64,000 bases of DNA, taken from assembly GCA_001244265.2 (NCBI GenBank), contig CDLV01000004.1:3038001-3102000 (forward strand), given 5' to 3'. The notes below the pieces were generated by a model. That model worked only from the letters and a program-made list of their open reading frames with translations, was not told where the DNA came from and did no database searches. This document shows, piece after piece, positions 52,701 through 64,000 of this stretch (positions are counted from its first letter, which is position 1; each line of letters starts with the position of its first letter). The stretch is from Microbotryum violaceum. Lineage: Eukaryota. Made by a program: the position numbers and the translations under genes.

Positions 52701-54446
52701 TAGGGACCAGTCTCTGTGATCACGGACTGCCTTTGCCGACAGCGACGTTCGAAAACGAGCTCGAGCTATCGCGACTAATGATGGAAGAGCGGTCAACACC
52801 GGAAGAAATTGAGCGAATGAACCGGGAGTGGATGAAAAATCTGGAGGCGTTCACGGTTGAGCAAAGGCACGCATTCGACACAATTTGCGATTCAGTATTC
52901 AATGTCCGAGGCAATACGTTCATCATCAACCCACCAGGTGGAACTGGCAAAACGTTCCTGGAGACTACAATTCTTTCACGGATTCGTTCCGAGAACAAAT
53001 ACGCTCTGGCTGTTGCTTCATCTGGCATTGCTGCGCTATTACTTCCGAAAGGCAGAACGGCACATTCGCGCTTCAAGATTCTTATCGACATATTCGATGA
53101 CTCGACCTGCAACGTTCACAAACAAGGACAGCTGGCGGAACTTTTTCGAAGGTGCGAGCTCATTGTATGGGATGAAGCGCCGATGCAGCACCGTCGTCAC
53201 TTTGAGCTGGTGAACAAGATGCTGCAAGACGTCCGTACGTCTTCGGCAAGATTTGGTGGGATTACAGTTCTCCTGGCAGGTACATATCAATGACTACCCA
53301 TGGCATATTGGACTTGGCTAATGAACTTGCGTATTTCAACTGCAGGTGACCCCAGACAATGCCTCCCTGTTGTACCCAAGGCTTCACCTACTCAGATCTT
53401 GGATACCTGCATCATGAATGCTGATTTCTGGGGAGAAGTTCAAATACTCCATCTGTCAGTAAGTCCATTCATTCGATTCATTTGTGAGAAGTTTGACAAT
53501 GCGAGACTGAATTGCGACCTAGGGGCCTTTCTACCCAGACGAACATGCGTCTTCTCGCTGCTGTAGACCGCATGACAGAGACGGAACTGGCCAAGTCACA
53601 GGAGTTTGCAGATTGGCTTCTGAAAGTTGGTGATGGTTCCGCCAACAATGATGGTGGAGATACCATCACTCTTCCTGACCACCTGTGCCTCCCAGTTGAC
53701 TCGAGACACAAGACCGGCTTGATCAACACGTTTATCCTCTCTCTGCGGATGATCTCACCCTGATGTCAACCGAAAACAAAGTTGCTTATTTCCGGGATCG
53801 CGCAATTTTGGCCCCAAAGAATGCGGATGTCGATGAACTCAACAACATGATCATCGAACTTCTTCCCGGCAACGCTCAAACATTTTACAGCGCTGACTCC
53901 GTAGACGAGGAGGATGAATCACTGTATCCGACGGAGTATCTCAACACTCTCAACATTCCCGGGATGCCACTCCATGCAGTTCGATTGAAGGTCGGCTGCA
54001 CGGCCATGCTGCTGCGCAATATGGACCCTGGCGCGGGGCTATGTAATGGCACCCGGCTGTTGTTGACACGGTTGCAATCCCGTGTACTGGAAGCAATCAT
54101 CTTGACTGGCGATTATGCCGGACACACCATTCTGCTGCCCTGGATCACGCTCAAGAATGCATCTTCAGCGGATCTTCCGCTCACCCTCTACCGAATACAG
54201 TTCCCCATCCGGCTGGCCATGGCGATGACAATCAACAAATCACAAGGACAGTCTTTGGGTCACGTTGGGGTGTGTCTGGAAAACCCTGTCTTCTCACATG
54301 GACAGTTATACGTTGCACTGTCCCGAGCATCAAATGTACATGGTGTTAAGGTTCTTCTGCCAACTACTACTGGCACTCAACAGCATGCTTCCCACAACGT
54401 CACTGACAACATTGTGTTCACAAGGATATTTGACTCGATGGCCTGA
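49760..54446 (+). pseudogene. Helitron Rep (HUH)-PIF1 helicase, spliced, with frameshifts and stops
   Basis: CPKCSAFHW finger; [84 protein letters not shown] introns near 49981, 51340, 53280, 53459. Confidence 0.95.
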
Positions 54447-54520
54447 AATATCGAAGCTACGTCTAAATATTTGTGTACCCCAAGCAAAAACTAAACAAGC
54501 CTTGGCGAGGTTTGTACGAG
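49760..54520 (+). mobile_element. Helitron; 5' end not determined
   Basis: Rep-helicase gene followed by hairpin ACAAGCCTT-GGC-GAGGTTTGT (54495-54515) and CGAG|T, a possible decayed CTAG end. Confidence 0.8.
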
Positions 54521-55561
54521 TCTTGGGAATTGTGCACGCCGAGCACAACAACCGGACCCGTAGCTGGCAGAGCCGGCAGAGGCTTCGACGAGGTTCGCCG
54601 ATGCAGTGGCCCTCGGTGCCGCGCTTTGCACTTTCAACAGGCTTGATGTGCCACACGGTTAGAAAATTGGGTTGCCTAACAATTGATTTTTTGCAAACAC
54701 GGTAACATCATAGATCAACAGCACTTCATACGAGATATTCGGATGTTCGCCGAGGTTACATGTTCTCCAGTCGACTTGTGCTTCTCACGCCGATATTCTT
54801 CTACGATATTCTATGCCTGCATAGGCGGATCAAAAGGCGGTTCCTCTTCTCCTCGCGCTTTTGTCTTCCCACCATCACGTCGCCTCGAACCTTCACAGAC
54901 CACCGTGCTTAGTCGATGGCTACCCTCACAGCTTCCTCCGTGTACCAAAGCACGGAGGCACCACGTACAAACCTTGATCAAGGTCACATCGAAGAACTCC
55001 AACGAACATATCAAAATCAGCGCGTGACGCTGGCTGGCATCGATTGGTCCCAATACTGCCATTATCAAACTGCCAGCAGGCCACTTCGGCCAAACAGTAA
55101 TGACTGAAAACGGAACGCAGCCTTTGGTCGTAACATTCTTCGGAAACGTTGCAACGTTGGACCCCTCTTCAGGAAAGCCACCAGTATAGTGAGTCGTCAC
55201 AAGACAGGCCGTTCTTTCTTCTCAAATTTCTTCGATCAGGATCATAGCTCACATCCATGTCTGAACTAATTGTACAGCATAACCAATGTAGACGATTTGA
55301 AAGGACCCCATGAGCTTGGCCGCCAGATAGGGCTGGAGCTTTTCGAATCTGAAACCATCGTTGCAAACGGCCTCCACGTCTTATGCTCTAAGTTTAGCGA
55401 CGGTATAGGCTCTGTTTGTATTGTTGTAGCTGAATCCGGTAAGCCTACTCGAGCTACTGACCGAGAGTACGGCAGCCGCTGACACAATCACATGTGTCAT
55501 CTCTTTGTTCCACAGCCATCCCATTTACCGCCTCCATAGCAAAAAAAAACCTGAAATGGGA

Positions 55562-55818
55562 CGATCCCGGGATGATCCCGGGATCGGGCCCCCGATTTGA
55601 AATGCATTTGAAATCGGCGGAACGATTTGAGATGCATTTGGGATCGGCGGAACGATTTGAAATGCATTTGGGATCGGCGCACCGATTTGAAATGCATTTG
55701 GGATCGTGCGCACCGATTTGAAACGCATTCAAAATCGGCGCACCGATTTGAAACGCATTTGAAATCGGCGCACCGATCCCAACTGCATCTCGAATCGATC
55801 CCAAATGCGGTTCAAATC
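55562..55818. repeat. Tandem array of near-palindromic 30-bp units
   Basis: CGATTTGAAATGCATTTG(GG/AA)ATCGGCG(GAA/CAC) at 55593, 55623, 55653, 55683, 55714 and 55744, then about 2 inverted units; preceded by GATCCCGGGAT twice. Confidence 0.92.
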
Positions 55819-56001
55819 CTCGCGGGATCGATCCATGCCCAACGGTCAATAGGGGCACATAACTCGTGTGAGAGGGTCGATTGCACAAGGTAGAATGGAC
55901 CATTATGTTACTATTGCTCAAAGTTTGTGCAAGTATACTACTGAAACGGTACAAGGCCTAATCCGATGGTGCATCGCACCACCAGGTCTGCAATCTGCTC
56001 T

Positions 56002-58200
56002 TCAGTCAGCCATCGTTATCGGATCTGAACGCTTCCACTCTATGAACTCGACAAGTTGCTGCTCCAGCCCCTCGTCAACGGACTCGTAATCGTCCGAATC
56101 GTCCGAATCGTTGTGGTCGGTATGCATGAATGGGGGCGGAAGAATGTTGGGGACGCCCAATGTCAATTCGCACCGGCGGTCTTCATTGACTATCCAGCAG
56201 TTGACCATTGGCAAAGACCTATCGACATTGCCATCCTCGGTGGTGGAGTCCCGTGGAACGGCCGTGCAGCGGTCAACCCAAAAACTGCGAAACTGCTCAC
56301 TTTCTTCGGGCAATCGAGCCGGCGAATTCACCTGCTGATCCTGTTCCTGCACGGTGTCGCTCCCATCATTCCACTCAGCCAATCGAACGGCACCGAGTTC
56401 GAATCATAAAACATACCTCGTTGGAATCAAACTCGTCATTGGCTGCCAAGCGCCTCTGATGAGGCACTTCAGCCGCGATCCAGGCGGCGGCGGCGCGTTT
56501 CAAACGGTGTGCGTATGGAAGTTTCGGGTCGGAGAGAACGGCGCAATCTACGGCCTTGAGATTGGTTGAGAATATAGCCTTGGCCTTTTTGAGCGTGATC
56601 CAAGGCATAATCTTGATGGATCGGGGGAACTCGGTGGATCGGCGTCTCTCGATTGCCTCGGCCTCGTCCGTGCGCCGTTCTCCTTTCTTCGACTAGAGTC
56701 ACGCTTGCGGCGTGCGGCGGGAGGTTGTGCGGACCTATGAACTGAGGTGTATTAGCGCCACATCATCTTGCTGTAGAGCTGGCTTCGTCAGAGTGGCCTA
56801 CGTTTGATGGAGAAACGTCTTCCCTGCTTCGGAGCGCAGCCATGCCTTGGCGTACGGGGCCACGGCGGTGAGGGTCGCATGCAGGATCTAAGACCTTTTA
56901 GATCGAATGACGCGATGAAGCTGGGCCTTCGGAGCCGAGTAAAGGATGAGCTCAGCAACCTCCATTCTTGCCAATCCGAGGAGTGCGAAATATCGACAGG
57001 CTTACCTTTGCTTGTTTTCGGTCAGCCGGACTCATCTCCCTAAGGATCTCAAGACCCTTCCCAGACGCAAGGCTTGCGACCAGATACTTGTAGTCGTTGT
57101 CTTCCCAATGGATCTTGAAGAGAAAGTAGCGTTTGCAAGTGAGGAGGATGTCGTCATGGTCGAAGGGCTAAAGACAGTCCGGAGGTACCAGCAAGTCAGC
57201 CAGAGCCAGACACATTCGCAATGGCGTCAGCAACTCAAGCAGGACACTCACGGGCGGTAATGTTGCTCCGGGACCTGAGCGCTGTCTCTCGATATGACGC
57301 TTCTTGGCACGAGGCGCAGCCAACATCGGTTTATTCTTCTTCTTCCTCTGGCCGGGCCCTTTCCCATGGACTTTGTGCTGAGTTGTTGTAGGGTTGTCGT
57401 GGCGAGAGGCAGGACGTTTCAAATGGGATGAATCGTCGGAGTCGGAACTTGTCATCTCGTCATCAACAACGTGGCCAACGGTATTCTCCCCGCCGCCGTC
57501 ATCGTCCTCGCCACCGCCGCCGCCGTCCTCCTCATCACCAGCATCATCGTTGTCCTCGTCGCTCTCTCGATGCTCCTCATTATCGCCGTCGTCATCGACG
57601 TCCTGGGCAGACGGCCGAAGCGAGGCCTGTTCCTTCGTCCTGCGTCCGTACACCTTGGTGACCTTGCGCGTCGATTGCGAAGGAGGGGGTCCATTGAGGT
57701 CGTCTGGGGCCGCGCTCCTTGACTTGCAAAGCTTGATAAGACGGCTCCGAGGTCGTGGAATTCGAAAGGTGCTGTCGTCGTCCTGGTGGCGCACCGTGGG
57801 TCAGATGTCAGCTCCTGGGCAAGGTAGAAGTTCGCGACAGCATACTCACCTCGTTGTCTAGGGTTTCGAATACGCATTCGAGAAGCGGGTCATCGAATCG
57901 CTCTAGGTAATCACGTGATTTCCCGAGTTCGATCTCTACCAGCCAGTAATTGACAGTCGACAACCAGAGCTCGCCAATCCACTCGGCCGTCTCGTTGTAT
58001 GGCGTGGCCAATGCGGGGTCCCATTCGTTGCGCATGCGAGTCCAGTAATGATTGAGCCTCTCGCCCGCATGACGATACGACACGTACAACACGGACGACG
58101 CCGAAGGGAGGGTAGCGGCGACATTGGACTCCACGGCACCAATTGCAGACCCTGTTTGCCGAGGTGTGGAGGTGGTGGCCGGTTTCAATGATGAGGTGGG
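56002..58200 (-). other. Probable spliced gene or pseudogene of unknown function (acidic/basic low-complexity)
   Basis: ORFs 57808..58584, 57168..57794, 56375..56608 and 56002..56382; intron-like GTGAGT...CTGAC...CAG at about 57849-57784; no recognised domain. Confidence 0.4.
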
Positions 58201-58969
58201 CGTGGGACAACGATGATGCTGGTGATGAGGGGGACTTCGAGGACGACAACGACTGTGACAGCACCAGCCAGAACGACAATGAGAGCGAAGAGAACGACAA
58301 AGAGAACGATCACGATCAGGGCGGGGCTGCGAGTGACGAGTCGAGGCTGCCCGCACCAGCCTTCGCTGAAGTGGCCATCTACGCGTGAAGCCTAGAATAC
58401 AGGGTTTCGCAGGAAGCCTGCTGCGCGTTGCGTTACAGAGCGAATGCTTTGACGCCACCAAACTACCGAAGTCGTTTTTAACGTTGGAAACGCGGGTCAA
58501 GGCGCATTTGCGCATGTGCGTCACGTTGTCCCGCGGAAAGCGTCCAAGACGACGATTGCCAAGACCGGTTCGAAGGCGAATCACACCACAACATCGGCGT
58601 ACACCCTAAGTTTGCAGGAAGAGATCGAGCTTCGAATTCTGGGACAACCCGTCCTACTCGGGAGCCTGCGCCCCGGCCTCGGCGACTTCGCAGAAGTGCG
58701 ACGAACCTATGGGAGGGCGACGTCTGGCGCGAAAGCGTGGTGGCAGGTCGCGCGGCCTACCTTATGGAGACAACAAACGGTGAGTGATCGAGGATGGCGC
58801 GACGAGGAAGAACAATATCGGGTGCCGGAAGCGTGTGAATAGGTGTCATGATGGGTGAACGGGTGATGGTGAAAGCGAGGGAGGGGCGGACAAGCGGGCA
58901 AGCGGACAAGCGCAAGAGTCTGCAAGAGACAGCACGAGACCGCTAGCCGAGGCCGAACGAGGCCGAACG

Positions 58970-61900
58970 AGGACCCCCGAAAGCCCAGCCTGAGGCGCGT
59001 AGGTAAAATCCGCGAAAATCCGGGATTTTGGATCTTATTTGTCCACCGATTTTTGAATTTTTCGGCCAAAAAGGTGCCCAAAATGTCCAGTCCATCTACG
59101 CGCCTCAAAAATAGCTCTAAAACATCTCCAAAAATCGCGAAAACGCCGTCCGGACGTTTTTCGCCCGAGCCGAACCAGCCGAGCCCGCGCGAGCCCGCGC
59201 GCGTGTCAGCCGGTTCGGTTCTGCTTCGCCGAGGGCTCCTCACCTGCACTTGCTGCCTTCCTTTTTGACCCTACATCTTTCACGCCCTTCATTTGATTAC
59301 TCAAGGACACAGAAGCGTCCCGTAATCCGTTGCAGCGTCGAAGAAAACAAAATCTTGCCTCAGCCTGCTGGCTCAAGTCGAAGACACGCTCCCCGAGGTA
59401 TGCAACTGAATCCAGTGGTGCGAGAGTGAGCGCGGGCGTCGAGGATGATTCCAAGGATTGAATAATATGTCGAGCATCGAGTCCAAAGAAGCGAGTCGTG
59501 CCGTCAATCATATGCGTTGAATAACGGCCCTTGCTCATAACTCGCAATTCTTGGAGGACGACATTCGAGAGTAATGTGAGGGAGTCGGTCTCCGCTCTGT
59601 CACAATGATTTGACGTGGCCTTGGCATCCATGTAACGTACTACGAGAGGTAAAATCGATGTCAGTCACTCTGCAAAGCAGTAAGCTAGCTACAGTGAGAT
59701 GCACAAACCAAGTCCAATGGACAATTGTTCTTCTCCTATGTTGCTGGCGTCACAACTGACAGGTATGATGCCTTGTTTCAATCCGAAGCAGACAAGAGAG
59801 CCGATTTTCAAAGGCATGGCTGAAGTGACGTTTCTGTCAATCGACCCAAACGGTGGGATCTTGGCGAATACCGTGTATTGCCTTGCTCGCAATTGCATCC
59901 GTACCTGGGCAAGAATGAACATCATTGATGAGCACTCTCCGGGCGATATGTGCACAGCACACAATTGTAGCTCACTTCTTTATGTCCGTCTTCGATGTAT
60001 TCTATGTTGTCTGTCTTGTTTGCGGTCGAAAAGCGACTGAAGGTCCCTTGTCCTGTCCAACGAATGGACCTCGCGACTCCTGACACGGCTTCGAGACGGG
60101 CTGCACCCATTGATTGCACTAAGCCTCGGAGGACACTGGAGTGCACTTCACCGTGCTCGGACAATTTTGCTTTTGATGTGGGATCGGAATCTTGGGCAGT
60201 CGAGGCGGTGGCGCCGTGCGTTCCCTTGAGTAGGACAGCTCTGAGGTGGGCCCGACGGTGCTGGATTAAGCTTTTCAGATCAAGCGCAAGCTGACGAGAG
60301 TCGTGACGCAGAAGGGATGGGAGTCGAATAATTTGAGCCTGTGAAAGAATGCTGGTTCCGTTTAGTGTTGCTACACGAGAACAACTGCTGCTTAAATCAA
60401 CCTACAGGACCCGGCAAGCTTTCATTTGCTGTAACAATGGCGTCGAGCAGGAAGCGTTCCTCTGCTTGAGCATCGGCCTCGTCATAGGCCTGCTGAACGG
60501 CAAGCCTAGAATTGGACGAGATGAGTTATCAGTTCAGGGGAGACTGGGACAGGTCTCAAGGCACTCAACTTACAGTGCAGCATCATTGTCAAGGCCAAGA
60601 GCAGCTAAAGAGCGAACAGCGTTTTCAACTGACTTCCGCTCTTTCGGGTCCAGCACGACGAGACCTTGGCACGTTTCGGTGCGGATCCCATCGAGGGTCC
60701 GATCTAGGTCAGCGAGGTACGAAAGCGGCTCAGCGTCCTCGGGCTCGAAATGCCAAGGTTCACTAGCTGGAAGGGGCGACATCAATCAGCTTTGCTTAAA
60801 ACGAAGCCACAAGCTTGGGCGACACCCACCATTGACCGGTATATCTTCCTCTAGCTCGTTGGACTTCTGATATTGTACGGTATCCCACCTTCGAAGACCA
60901 GGAAGAAGCTCTTTTGCAAGTCCTGTAGCAACCAAGCTTGTGGACCGAATCTCTTCATCGCTTGGATAAGTCCGCATTGCCACGAGGTCGAGATCGTCGA
61001 GTCTGTCATACATGTGATGGTAGCCTTGGCGCGAGCCTGCGGTCTCTGTCTTGAGCTTTCGCATCAGTCCTAGAAGCGCAGTAACTTTGCTTGCCGACTA
61101 AAAAGCCGAAATATAAGCTTTACAAGCAGTAGCTCACGTGAAGCCATGAAAGAAGGATGACTTACCTGCAGGAATTCTAAAGCATCAAATTCTTGCACGA
61201 CTTTGCGCAAACCGCCAAAAAAAAGCTCGACCATCTCCGTACCATGTCGCCATGGTATGAACGCTTCTTCCGGCCAAAAGTCGCGGTAGTTCCGAATAAG
61301 GGCGATGTTTTCATCGACGACCTTTCGCATACCATCCAGGGTCTCCTTGGCAATAAAGGACTGCGCGTTGTACCCGGGACGATTGCGGACGAAGGTCAAC
61401 CAGCCCTCAAATGTATAACGAACCGTCAATAGCATCTTGATACGTTCAATCGGCTGCAAGGACCTGTTTTGTATCGCGTCGTGAAGCTCGCCGCAGAGAA
61501 AGAGGAAGACGATGGCATCGGCATCGAATTTGCCGTCCTCGTAAAGTCGGCAAGCAAGCGCGAGAGTAGCTTCGGAGAACGCTCGATGCGTCGCATTGTC
61601 ATCTTGACGATCACGTCCAATCACATCGCGTAGATACAAGGTCCTCGCCGACTCTTCGGCGTTGAGCAGCGTCAACAGGTCACGATATCCGATACATCCG
61701 GTGCCGCCGTATATTGCCCTGGTGCCTGAATCACACGCGCTGCGGAGATTTTTGCTCAGGTGCTTTTCGTCCCGATTGAAGCACGTAGGCGTGTTGCCCA
61801 CTTGAACGGATGCCAGTCGAATGGCTGGGAAGACTTTGTCGGGACCTGGAGATGGAATGACATGTGCGAGCTCTCGCCGACGGTTGCCCTCACCGGTAGA

Positions 61901-64000
61901 CCCCTCATCGCCGCCAAGTCGCTCTGCCATGACGCGCTGCAAGACGCCTTCGCTTGCCGCTTCATCCGCCGAGATAGAGGCAAGAAGATGACCGACCCCC
62001 GCGTTGACGAGGAATTGAATAACAGATTCCAGTTCATCCGCAGCCTTGGATGAACTCGGCGAGTCACCAATCACGAATGCGGCAAAGTATTGGGCTGGGC
62101 AAGAGACATCGTTGGGTGCAAGCATGTACACTCGAAACTATTCACAGAAACGCCAGCGAATGAGCAACCAATCAAAGCGCCGCACAGACATAGTCACCGA
62201 CCTTGGTGCCAGCGACCGGAGGATTCGGTCCCCGAAAGATACCCTCGAGCTCCTGCGTGGTTTCATACACGATTGGCGGGCCAACCATGCCAACGAGCTC
62301 GTGACGGAAGATTTTCTGCCCGCGCGGGCGAGCTTCCGCTTCCTTGTCCTTCGAAACCCGTGTTGTCCTGATTACTTGTCGCAGTTTCGTGTCGTCGACG
62401 TCGAGGTTAAAGGTCTTCCCATCCGAAAGGATCTTTTGGATGATGCGCTGCATGTGGGGCTCATCTAAGCCGAACCTGGGCTTTTCGAATGTTGCTCGAT
62501 GTTGTCTGAGAGACTTAGAATCGTCAGTAGCTTGAAGGAATGACGGATAGATCAGGTCTGAAACTTGCTGAAGTGTGCGCATCGAGACTCCGCCAACAGT
62601 TTTTTGCACCACGCGCAACGCCGTGGGAGATGCCAGAGCCAGCGCGTGTTCAAAGTCAAGCAAAGCTTCGTCTCGCACATAGCCTCTCATGTCCTTGCCT
62701 TGTGCGTCCCGCCTATGCTTGATCACGGCGACTTTTGCCATACCTTTCAGAATGTTGGCTCCAGCCAGCTCGCCGGAAACTAAACCTTGAGCGAAACGAA
62801 GATAGACCTTGCCATCTTTGGTCCCCAAGAGTTTCTCCAGACCTTGGTGTTCCTTGAAAACCTTTGGCATCCAAGCCTCGACGGAAGCCAATCGTTTATT
62901 CGTGAACTTGATTGTGGGTCCGACAGCCCGAGGACGATGTAACGCCTGTGAGAAGGCTTTCGTGCGAAGCAGTGCCTTGCATTTGGCGCAAGGCTCCAAT
63001 TTCGTTCCACATTGCGACTCCATTCCGATCCTGGTACAGTCGACACTGTTCACTCGGGGTGCTGAATGATTGTTCACCCACGTCCACTCGTTCGCTTCCA
63101 GATTGTTGATCTTACGGCGTTCAGAACGAGTCAATACACGTTTGCCAATTCTTGGGAACCTTCTCTTGATGAGCTTTAGCCGAGATGGTGCGCCTCCGCC
63201 CCGAGCAGAGCTCTTTGAGAGGTACACCTCTACACGCTTGCCTGTTAGGCCGGGACATGCGGGAGGATCGGCAAGGCTTTTGCCTTGCGACTGGACAGCC
63301 GTTTCGGCGGGCGATCGAACAGAAAAGTAGTGGTCGATCTTGCGCATGTTCGTGCACGGAGGCTTTTTGTTGAGATGCTTCATGAAGCGAGTGACGTCCT
63401 GCCGTGTCTTCATCTTGTGATACGTACGACAGCGACCGCACTGCACCGTCCTGGGATTCTCGATCTTCACGTCCGATTCTGGGCAGAGCTGCTTGACCTT
63501 CGCCCTAAACTCAGCAAATGCTGCGGGGCGAGCCTTCGAGTATTCGACGTCTTTAAGATGCTCCTTGGCTAGTCTGGCTCGTCGTGCTGTGATTGATTCC
63601 CCCGACTTCGGAGTTTCGTCGTCCGTGGTGCAATCATCGTCCGTGGTGCAATCGTCGTCCGTGGTGCAATCATCGCCCGTCTCGGAATCTGAGCGGAAGC
63701 ATACCCCGGACCATGTCTGCTCGTCATTCTCGATCTCGGCCATCTCCTCGACGTCCAACTCGTTCCTGTCTATGCCGGCAATGGGCGCGGGCAAGTCATG
63801 AGTGAGATGTTGAGATTTGGTTGCGAATGTTGCTAGTCGGTGAAACTGGCGAATGCGAGCGATATGAGCGCGACCGGCCAAAAAAGGTGGAACCAAAAGA
63901 AGCTCGGTTTCGACGACATTGATAGCCGCTGGTCCGCACGAGGAGCCGTCAGCCTGTTGAGCCATGCGGCCTTGCTTCGGTTCAGTCTTGAGAATATGCA
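58970..64000 (-). mobile_element. TIR DNA transposon copy B (P-like transposase plus Ulp1-like protease); runs off the right edge
   Basis: TIR AGGACCCCCGAAAGCCCAGCCTGAGGCGC at 58970-58998; gene colinear with copy A. Confidence 0.78.
59206..64000 (-). CDS. Spliced Ulp1-like protease (C-terminal end visible) + CxxC/H/C finger + P-like DDE transposase (copy B), partial; intactness of the 3' exons uncertain
   Basis: QQADGSSCG; CGRC...H...C; LDVDDTKL, SADEA, DEKHLSKNLR, DRQDD...AFS, EMVELFFG; long open frames 62172..63965 and 61070..62131. Confidence 0.72.

Noticed and set aside
55593-55818. CRISPR-like array of palindromic ~30-bp repeats
   Set aside because: Units are contiguous with no unique spacers, there are no cas genes, and the context is eukaryotic.

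Overview
Eukaryotic DNA, most likely fungal and basidiomycete-like (inferred from short GT-AG introns and the TE repertoire). The window is almost entirely nested, mostly decayed transposable elements around a two-gene housekeeping island: WBP1/OST48 (+, 26377-28225) and EMC1 (-, 28279-32237). TEs present: three Ty3/Gypsy elements (one chromodomain-bearing, complete with TSD), two solo LTRs, two Ty1/Copia elements with half-tRNA-iMet PBS plus a Copia fragment, a Ngaro-like tyrosine-recombinase retrotransposon, two L1/Tx1-like LINEs, a Rep-helicase Helitron, DUF6570-like Helitron-related fragments, and two diverged copies of a TIR DNA transposon with a spliced gene joining a Ulp1/C48-like protease to a P-superfamily-like DDE transposase. 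The two most interesting signals: (1) all three Gypsy families, whose LTRs share no evident similarity, lack a tRNA PBS and instead end the 5' LTR in a hairpin followed by T8-T9, suggesting non-tRNA (possibly poly(A)) priming; (2) the Ulp1-protease/P-like transposase family with a shared ~29-bp TIR. Calls come from reading motifs by eye; no database search was run.
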